This document shows, one piece after another, positions 18,989 to 25,887 of a stretch of 64,000 bases of DNA. The position numbers and the translations under genes are program-made. This DNA is from an uncultured bacterium (GTDB lineage Bacteria; Muiribacteriota; Ozemobacteria; Ozemobacterales; Ozemobacteraceae): positions 3,480 through 67,479 of the forward strand of contig CAMJNS010000004.1 of NCBI GenBank assembly GCA_946407375.1, in the 5' to 3' direction. Each line of letters begins with the position of its first letter. The first letter of the stretch is position 1. A model generated the notes under the pieces. That model saw nothing but the letters and a program-made list of their open reading frames with translations, did no database searches and was not told the origin of the DNA.

Positions 18989-19314
18989 AAAATATAATGA
19001 ACGAAGAAATATACCAAAAAATATGCGATATTTTAGTTAATGTGTTGCCTGAAAAATGGGAAAATATAGTTTTTAAAGCCGAATATGGTGAAGAAAGCTA
19101 TGAAATGAAATATTGGGTCGATTCAGGAAATGGAGAGCTTAAAGACTGTTTTGAGTTAGCTGTTGTTCCCAAATCACAGATGGTGAAAACTTTTATAGCT
19201 TTAAATAAAGTTATTGCACCAGAACGAAATGCATTAGAACCAAAGCACAAATGGAAAATAATGACACTAAAGGTTTCTTCAAAAGGGAAATTCAACGCTG
19301 ATTTTGAATATTAA
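18985..19314 (+). CDS. cognate immunity protein, DUF600 (EsaG/YezG)-like
   Basis: 109 aa; ATGA overlap with the toxin stop; AAGGAG RBS. The size and the WENIVF..EYGEESYEMKYWV...KWKIMTLKVSSKGKFNADFEY pattern resemble DUF600 immunity proteins. Confidence 0.55.
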   Translation: MKNIMNEEIYQKICDILVNVLPEKWENIVFKAEYGEESYEMKYWVDSGNGELKDCFELAVVPKSQMVKTFIALNKVIAPERNALEPKHKWKIMTLKVSSKGKFNADFEY

Positions 19315-19358
19315 ATGTGTTGTTAGAATAGAAAATATTTATTAGGAGAGCAAAATAT

Positions 19359-19796
19359 TTGAAAGTATATTTGGATAATTGTTGTTTCAATAGACCTTAT
19401 GATGACCAATCTTATATCAAAATATCATTAGAATCAAAAGCCAAGCTTTATATACAGAATTTAATAAGAAAGAAGAAAATAGATTTAGTTTCTTCATACA
19501 TGATTCTATATGAAAATGGTCTAAATCCATTTTCTATGAGGAAAAATCCAATAAAAGAATTTATCAATAAAAACACATCTCTTTTTATTCCTTATGAAAA
19601 ACATGTTATAATTGAAGAAATGGCATTAGAAATAATGAATACAGGAATAAAATATAAAGATGCCTGTCATGTCGCTTGTAGTTTGTTAGGACAATGTTCT
19701 TATTTTATTACTACAGATAATAGGTTACTTAAATACAAAAATAGTAATCTCAAACCGATTAATCCTATTGATTTTGTAAGAAATTTGGAGGAATAA
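19359..19796 (+). CDS. PIN-domain ribonuclease toxin
   Basis: 145 aa; TTG start with AGGAG RBS. Acidic residues are placed as in PIN (VYLDNCCF, ..EE.., KDACHVA, ITTDNRLL). Confidence 0.65.
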   Translation: MKVYLDNCCFNRPYDDQSYIKISLESKAKLYIQNLIRKKKIDLVSSYMILYENGLNPFSMRKNPIKEFINKNTSLFIPYEKHVIIEEMALEIMNTGIKYKDACHVACSLLGQCSYFITTDNRLLKYKNSNLKPINPIDFVRNLEE

Positions 19797-19797
19797 A

Positions 19798-20031
19798 ATG
19801 GAAGCTAATACTGTTGAAATTATGAATAAAGGTATGAAATGCTTACTTGATAATCTAGGAATAGTAGAAGCAGAATATTTTATTTCTACTGTTATTAGGG
19901 AAAAATTTGATTACACTAAGTGGCAACAAGAGTATTTTGATAAAATTCCACCAAATGAATTAAATGAGAAATTAGCTGATTTTGCTAAAAATTACAAATT
20001 TGAGGGCAATCCAGAAGTATTACTCAAATAA
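19798..20031 (+). CDS. small partner protein of the PIN toxin (putative antitoxin, downstream position)
   Basis: 77 aa; starts 1 nt after the PIN stop; LGIVEAEYFISTVIREKFDYTKWQQEYF pattern recalled from small proteins paired with this PIN subfamily. Confidence 0.4.
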   Translation: MEANTVEIMNKGMKCLLDNLGIVEAEYFISTVIREKFDYTKWQQEYFDKIPPNELNEKLADFAKNYKFEGNPEVLLK

Positions 20032-20194
20032 TTTTTTATTATCTAGATTGCCACGGCGTTTTCAACGCCTCGCAATTGACGCATGACAGAGACCAAGGGT
20101 TTACTCTAGTTCGGTCACCCTCCCTTTTATTACTTCCCTCAAGGGAGGGCTTATGACAATCACACCAACCACAGCCTACGCCAGTAAAACCAAA

Positions 20195-20223
20195 AGACAC
20201 TTGCGAGTAGCAAGTGTCTTTTT
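20195..20223 (+). terminator. hairpin terminator within the mosaic
   Basis: AGACACTTGC-GAGTA-GCAAGTGTCT-TTTT; variant copy at 20654-20683. Confidence 0.5.
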
Positions 20224-20342
20224 AAGATTAAACCTAAGTTATAAAAATCCCCCAGTCACCGATTGCTTCGCAATCACCCCTCCTCAAGGAGAGGCTTTAG
20301 GACAATAAAAACCACAAAAACCAACTACAATAAAAACAAAAA

Positions 20343-20371
20343 AGCGGTTAGATTAATGCTAACCGCTTTTT
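20343..20371. terminator. hairpin terminator after boundary motif J5
   Basis: AGCGGTTAG-ATTAATG-CTAACCGCT-TTTTT. Confidence 0.55.
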
Positions 20372-20380
20372 CTCTTCTAA

Positions 20381-20573
20381 GTAAATAACCTATGAAAATT
20401 TTTGGGATTGCCACGTTACTACGCATACTACGTATGCTCGTAATGACATATGGCTTGCGGTTTCACAATGACGGTTACGGTAGAGACTAAGGTTTTCTTT
20501 GATTCGGTCATCCCTCCGACTTGCTACGCAAGTCACCTCAGCGACTCGCTGACCTCCTGTCGCTCGCTTGCAC
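20381..20573 (+). repeat. ~195-bp direct repeat, copy 2
   Basis: See 11704-11898. Confidence 0.9.
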
Positions 20574-20653
20574 GCCGCCATCCTTGGCGGTAGCCCTCTA
20601 GTGGAGGCTTTAGGACAATCACACCAACAACACATAAAATCAATAAAAATAAA

Positions 20654-20683
20654 CGACACTTGCTATTTGCAAGTGTCGTTTTT
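20654..20683 (+). terminator. hairpin terminator within the mosaic
   Basis: CGACACTTGC-TATTT-GCAAGTGTCG-TTTTT. Confidence 0.5.
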
Positions 20684-20952
20684 GATTAAATCTAAGTTAT
20701 TAAAATCCCCCAGTCAGCAAAGCTGACATCCCCCTTTATGAAAGGGGGTAGATTGCTTCGTCGCTATGCTCCTCGCATTGACGTATTGTCTGGCTTAGAG
20801 CTTTATAGCTTGAAGCTTACAGCTAAATTTTAAAATCCCCCTGTCAGCAAAGCTGACATCCCCCTTTATGAAAGGGGGTAGATTGCTTCGTCGCTATGCT
20901 CCTCGCAATGACGTATTGTCTGGCTTAGAGCTTATAGCTAGAAGCTTACAGC

Positions 20953-22440
20953 TTATTTCAAGTATTTTTCCTTGAGGTATTTATCCATACCAGCGGCGGC
21001 TCGGCGGCCGTCACCCATGGCAAGAATTACTGTAGCGCCACCGCGAACGATGTCGCCACCAGCGAAGATTTCTTCCATAGAAGCCTGATTGGATTCAGGA
21101 TTTACTTCGATTGTGCCTTTCTTGCCCTGTTTGAGTTCTGGCAAGCAAGAAGGAATCAATGGATTTGGAGAAACGCCGATAGCAACTACTACTATATCTA
21201 CGTCTAGTTCTTCGATTGCGCCTGGGATTTCTACTGGTCTGCGTCTGCCAGAAGCATCTGGTTCACCCAATTCCATCTTCTGCAAGCGAACTTTGGCAAC
21301 TCTGCCGTTTTCGCCAGCGATGTATTCGATTGGGTTGTGAAGAGTCATAAATTCAACGCCTTCTTCTTCAGCGTGTTTGACTTCTTCAAGACGGGCTGGC
21401 ATTTCATCTCTAGAACGTCTGTAAACGATGATTGATCTATCAGCACCAAGTCTCTTAGAGGTTCTTACAGAGTCCATAGCGGTGTTACCACCACCAACGA
21501 CTACAACAACTTTGCCTTTAAGAACTGGAGTGTCAGTGTCTTCACGGTTAGCACCCATGAGGTTTACACGAGTGAGGTATTCGTTAGAAGACATAACGCC
21601 GTTGAGGTTTTCACCAGGAATATTCATGAAGTTCGGGAAACCTGCACCAGAACCAACATAGAAAGCCTTGAAGCCCTGAGCCTTCAAATCATCAAATGTA
21701 GCGGTTTTTCCAACAACGAAGTTCTTTTCGAACTTAACGCCCATCTTAGAAAGGTTGGCAAGTTCCAAATCTACGATTGAGTTTGGAAGACGGAATTCAG
21801 GAATACCATATTTGAGAACGCCGCCGATTTCGTGGAGAGCTTCGAATACAGTTACATCATAACCAGCTTTTGCCATATCGCCAGCAAAAGAGAGTGCTGA
21901 TGGACCTGAACCAACTGCGGCAACCTTGATGCCGTTTTTCTTTTCCATTTTTGGAAGTTTGGGTTCGATGCCGTTTAAGCGTTCATAGTCAGCAGCAAAT
22001 CTTTCAAGATAGCCAATAGCTACAGCTGGTTTCTTCATCTTGAGGTAAGTGCACTTGGATTCGCATTGTTTTTCCTGTGGGCAAACACGACCGCAAACTG
22101 CTGGAAGAGCACTGAATTCTTTTAATGTTGCAGCAGCTTCTTCAAATTCGCCGCGTTCAATGTTTTTAACAAACTTTGGAATGTTAATGCCTACTGGACA
22201 ACCTTCAGTGCAAGGGTGATTGGGGCAATCCATACAGCGGGTTGCTTCTAATACAGCCTGTTCTTTGGTTAAACCAGTGTTAACTTCGATAGTCTGTGAT
22301 TTAATGCGTTCTGCTGGAGCGATTTCGTTCATCTTCACTCTTTCAATAGCAGTGCGTTCTTTCATCGGAGTCTTGTTGCGGAGTTCTTCTCTCCAGGTTT
22401 CTTCTCTGTCTTTTGCAAAAATATCATTCATATCTGACAT
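20953..22440 (-). CDS. nfnB: NADPH-dependent glutamate synthase small-chain family oxidoreductase (NfnB/SudA-type; often annotated gltA/gltD)
   Basis: Two Cys clusters (CMDCPNHPCTEGCPVGINIP; CGRVCPQEKQCESKC). Two dinucleotide folds (VAAVGSGPSALSFAGD; VVVVGGGNTAMD). I prefer ATG at 22440 (MSDMNDIF..), 20 nt after the nfnA stop, over the ORF-track start at 22503. Confidence 0.85.
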   Translation of the reverse strand: MSDMNDIFAKDREETWREELRNKTPMKERTAIERVKMNEIAPAERIKSQTIEVNTGLTKEQAVLEATRCMDCPNHPCTEGCPVGINIPKFVKNIERGEFEEAAATLKEFSALPAVCGRVCPQEKQCESKCTYLKMKKPAVAIGYLERFAADYERLNGIEPKLPKMEKKNGIKVAAVGSGPSALSFAGDMAKAGYDVTVFEALHEIGGVLKYGIPEFRLPNSIVDLELANLSKMGVKFEKNFVVGKTATFDDLKAQGFKAFYVGSGAGFPNFMNIPGENLNGVMSSNEYLTRVNLMGANREDTDTPVLKGKVVVVVGGGNTAMDSVRTSKRLGADRSIIVYRRSRDEMPARLEEVKHAEEEGVEFMTLHNPIEYIAGENGRVAKVRLQKMELGEPDASGRRRPVEIPGAIEELDVDIVVVAIGVSPNPLIPSCLPELKQGKKGTIEVNPESNQASMEEIFAGGDIVRGGATVILAMGDGRRAAAGMDKYLKEKYLK

Positions 22441-22460
22441 AATTTTATTCTCGCTTTCTA

Positions 22461-23273
22461 TTAGAGTTTTGCCTTGGCTTCGTCTTCTTCTGCTTTGTAG
22501 CATCTTAAGCGAGAAAGCATTTCGTCAAAGTCGATCTGGTGAGCGTCAAATTCTGGACCGTCAACGCATGTGAATTTGGTCTTTCCGCCAACGGTAACAC
22601 GACAAGCACCGCACATACCTGTTCCATCAACCATAATAGTGTTAAGGCTGCACTGAGTTGGAACGTTGTATTCTTTAGTCTTGAGGGCTGCAAACTTCAT
22701 CATGATTGCAGGACCGATAGCGATACATTCATCAACTTTTTCGCGCTTCATGACCATTTCAGCACCAACAGTAACATTACCCTTATTACCATAAGAACCG
22801 TCGTCAGTCATTATTATAACTTCATCAGAGTATTTGCGAAGTTCATCTTCAAGAATGATGAGGCTTTTGGTTCTAGCGGCAAGAACAGTGATAACTCTGT
22901 TGCCAGCTTCTTTGAAGCCTCTGACTATTGGAAGCAATGGAGCGTTGCCAACACCGCCGCCAAGAGCCAAGAAAGTGCCGACTTTCTTGATATCAGTTGG
23001 TTTGCCAAGTGGGCCAACCAAGTCAGTTAAACAATCTCCAACTTTCATATCGCAGAATTTAGTGGAAGAATAACCAACTTTTTGAGCGATGAGCATAATT
23101 GTGCCTTTTTCTTTGTCGGTATCGACGATGGTAAGAGGCATTCTTTCGCCCTTTTCGCTGATTCTTAGAATGATGAAATTCCCTGGCTTGTGTGACTTAG
23201 CAATCAAGGGAGCTTCAACGATGAACTTGAAAACGTTTTCTGAAAGCTGTTCTTTTTCAACTATTTTATACAT
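22461..23273 (-). CDS. nfnA: sulfide/dihydroorotate dehydrogenase-like FAD/NAD-binding subunit (NfnA/SudB, PyrK-like)
   Basis: 270 aa; C-terminal 2Fe-2S motif DGTGMCGACRVTVGGKTKFTCVDGPEF; adjacent to nfnB. Confidence 0.85.
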   Translation of the reverse strand: MYKIVEKEQLSENVFKFIVEAPLIAKSHKPGNFIILRISEKGERMPLTIVDTDKEKGTIMLIAQKVGYSSTKFCDMKVGDCLTDLVGPLGKPTDIKKVGTFLALGGGVGNAPLLPIVRGFKEAGNRVITVLAARTKSLIILEDELRKYSDEVIIMTDDGSYGNKGNVTVGAEMVMKREKVDECIAIGPAIMMKFAALKTKEYNVPTQCSLNTIMVDGTGMCGACRVTVGGKTKFTCVDGPEFDAHQIDFDEMLSRLRCYKAEEDEAKAKL

Positions 23274-23471
23274 TTCGTTCTCTCAAACTAGTTTTAGTTT
23301 TTCTATAGTAACGAAAGCTAGATAAAGATTCTGTTAAAAGAATCTTTGAGGGCTAACGGATTTTTAGGGGTTAGGGAGAAGGGAGGAGGGAGGAGGGAAT
23401 TGTTTTAGCCAAGAATGTTTTTCGCTATTCTTGCTTTTTACTGTTAATTTTCTTTTTAAGACTAACCTCTA

Positions 23472-23570
23472 GATTGCCACGCCACCGACTGTTACACAGT
23501 CAGCCCCCTCAGTCACTTCGTGACAGCTCCCCCACAATTCGTTGGGGAGCATCTGAGACTCGCAATGACG
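23472..23570 (+). repeat. hairpin-bundle repeat element (conserved ends enclosing three short hairpins)
   Basis: GATTGCCACG..GACTGttacaCAGTC..GTCACttcGTGAC..CTCCCCAcaattcgtTGGGGAG..CTCGCAATGACG. Confidence 0.8.
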
Positions 23571-23901
23571 GTTACCTAAGAACTTTCGCAGTATTACATA
23601 CTAAACAATTCTCTTATCTCTTAACTCTTTTCTCTTACCTCTTACCTCTAATAAAAAGTCTTTAGCCTTTTATCTGGCTTGAAGCTTATAGCTTGTAGCT
23701 TAAAGCTTGTCAATCATTCCATAGAAACTAGTTTATTGTCTTTTTAGCTTAGAACATTCTGCAACTAAATTCAACAAAGATAATTATTTCACAAGGCTAA
23801 ACAAACAAAAAATAGAGATTAGAGACAAGAGCGAAAGAGAAAAGAAGAATGTTTTGACAAACAACTTTTTTAGAGTTTATCAAGACAAGATAATAAAAAA
23901 C

Positions 23902-24789
23902 TTAAATAAACTCTTTCCAGGCTGTTGGAATAAGTTCAGCAACATTAGCTATAGTCATTCCAGATTCTGTATAAAGTTTTTTCGCTTCTAAACCTGCTTG
24001 AGAATGTAAATAAACCCCTAAATTTGCTGCAAAAAGATTATTTTTACATTGTTTAGATGCCACTAACCCAGCTATTAGACCGGCAAGCAAATCCCCACTT
24101 CCTCCTTTTGCTAAACCGCTATTATGAGTATTGCAAATATAATGTTCCTTAGAATCTGTAACTATGGTAGAAGCAGATTTTTGTACAACAATAGTTTTAT
24201 GTTTCAAAGCAAAATTTTTAGCTAATTCTAATATATTTTCTAATTCTATATCTAAGAAAGACTGTTTCAGCAATCTTGTAAATTCGCCAATATGAGGTGT
24301 AATTATAGTTTTTGATTTGCAACTGTCTAATATTTCGTAAGCATTGTTTTCAGCAATAATATTCAATGCATCCGCATCAAAAATCAAAGAAGTTTCACAG
24401 GCTTGTGAAATATTATTTAAACATTCAAGTCTAGATTGACTTTTTCCCCAGCCACAACCGACCAAAATAGAATCATAATTGCTACACAAACCAACAGCTT
24501 GAGATAACGAGAAACTGAAGCCACCATTTTTTGAAGGGAAATAACGTAAAATTATTTCTGGAGATAAATTAAAAGGTAAAAGCCCTTTCAAAACATCTGG
24601 CAAAGCAAGAGTTACTATTCCAACTCCGGAACGTAAAGCCCCATATGCAGCCATAACACCAGCACCAGGATAAATATCGGAACCAGCTATAATTAAAACT
24701 TTTCCAAAGTTACCCTTGTGACCGTTTTCTTTTCGTCCTTTAAAATTTGCCAGGCACAAAGATTTAGTTATTTCTATCGTTTTTGTCAT
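23902..24789 (-). CDS. nnrD: ADP-dependent NAD(P)H-hydrate dehydratase (YjeF C-terminal type)
   Basis: 295 aa; GHKGNFGKVLIIAGS..YPGAGVMAAYGALRSGVG and AKGGSGDLLAGLIAGL. Confidence 0.85.
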   Translation of the reverse strand: MTKTIEITKSLCLANFKGRKENGHKGNFGKVLIIAGSDIYPGAGVMAAYGALRSGVGIVTLALPDVLKGLLPFNLSPEIILRYFPSKNGGFSFSLSQAVGLCSNYDSILVGCGWGKSQSRLECLNNISQACETSLIFDADALNIIAENNAYEILDSCKSKTIITPHIGEFTRLLKQSFLDIELENILELAKNFALKHKTIVVQKSASTIVTDSKEHYICNTHNSGLAKGGSGDLLAGLIAGLVASKQCKNNLFAANLGVYLHSQAGLEAKKLYTESGMTIANVAELIPTAWKEFI

Positions 24790-24963
24790 ATTCTTCTTAA
24801 GCGTTTCAAAAGAGATATTTTATTATACTTTTTTTAGCATTTAACAGCAAGATAGAATAGTTCCTGACTTCTCTAATTTCTTGCATAGAGTATAAAAAGA
24901 GTGTAAGATAAAAAAAGCATAAAATATTGTTAAATAATAAAACCATAATTCGAGGGATGTCTT

Positions 24964-25887
24964 ATGGCTCTGATATTGGTCAGAGAAATAGTACAAGATC
25001 AAAATCTTATAGTTGTCGCTGGAAAAGAAGGTCTTGATAGAAAGATTATATCTTCTGAAGTACATCGTCCTGGTCTAGAATTGGCAGGTTTTTTTGAACA
25101 TTTTGGTTACGAAAGAATCATTGTTCTTGGTCGTACAGAACTTGCTTATTTAGGTGAACAACAGGCTGAAACAAGAAAAGTCAGATTACGCCAGTTATTA
25201 TTTTTTAACATCCCCTGTATTATCATTACAGATGATTTGCTGGTATTAGATGAACTTATCGAGCTCTGTAACCAAAAGAGCATACCACTTTTAAGAACAT
25301 CTGTCAGAACAGGCGAGTTTATTTATGAACTTTCTCGTTATTTACACAATAGATTTGCACCACGTAAAAGCGTACACGGCGTTTTCGTAGAAGTATATGG
25401 TGTTGGTATTTTAATTATGGGGGCCTCTGGAATAGGCAAAAGTGAATGTGCTCTTGAGCTTATAAAAAGAGGTCATCGTTTGGTTGCAGATGATGCTGTT
25501 CAGCTTATGAAAATAAGCGATTCAAAAATTATGGGTTCACCAGACGATATGATTAGGCACCATATGGAAATCAGAGGCTTAGGCATTATTGATATTAGGT
25601 CACTCTTTGGTATAGCAGCAACAGCAGACGAAAAAAATGTCGATATGGTCATAAATCTAGAAAAGTGGGATGACAACAAAGAATATGATAGATTAGGCAT
25701 ATTCCAGAGAACTGTTAAGTTCTTAAAGGTTGAAATTCCATCAACTACTATTCCTGTTCGCGAAGGACGAAACCTTGCTGTAGTAGTAGAGACCGCTGCT
25801 ATGAATTTCTATTTGCGGCGAATGGGAATTATGAGTGCAGAAAGATTTTCAAGGCAACTTAAAGCAAAGATGGTTGGAGACATTTAA
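24964..25887 (+). CDS. hprK: HPr kinase/phosphorylase
   Basis: 307 aa; IMGASGIGKSECALELIKRGHRLVADD, HHMEIRGLGIIDI. Confidence 0.93.
   Translation: MALILVREIVQDQNLIVVAGKEGLDRKIISSEVHRPGLELAGFFEHFGYERIIVLGRTELAYLGEQQAETRKVRLRQLLFFNIPCIIITDDLLVLDELIELCNQKSIPLLRTSVRTGEFIYELSRYLHNRFAPRKSVHGVFVEVYGVGILIMGASGIGKSECALELIKRGHRLVADDAVQLMKISDSKIMGSPDDMIRHHMEIRGLGIIDIRSLFGIAATADEKNVDMVINLEKWDDNKEYDRLGIFQRTVKFLKVEIPSTTIPVREGRNLAVVVETAAMNFYLRRMGIMSAERFSRQLKAKMVGDI

Larger units (their letters stand above)
20046..20952. repeat. ~900-bp non-coding mosaic of hairpin modules, boundary (J) motifs, terminator hairpins, a 2x ~125-bp tandem unit and CTTNNAG heptamers
   Basis: Hairpin elements at 20046-20081, 20261-20275, 20406-, 20751-20783 and 20881-20913. 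Tandem units ~20702-20833 and ~20834-20952. No credible ORF. Confidence 0.8.

Noticed and set aside
15072-19314. Calling the ATPase-nuclease-immunity genes a type VII secretion system
   Set aside because: There is a single P-loop domain rather than the multi-domain EssC/EccC with FHA domains. The window has no WXG100, EssA/EssB/EsaA or LXG genes, and the host has diderm markers. The resemblance is limited to the cargo type and the ATPase superfamily.
20046-20952. Possible CRISPR array (repeated hairpin-forming units with variable sequence between them)
   Set aside because: The repeat units are heterogeneous in sequence and length, the spacing is irregular, there is no leader or cas gene, and the variable parts are themselves palindromic. 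This fits mosaic REP/MITE-like repeats, not CRISPR.
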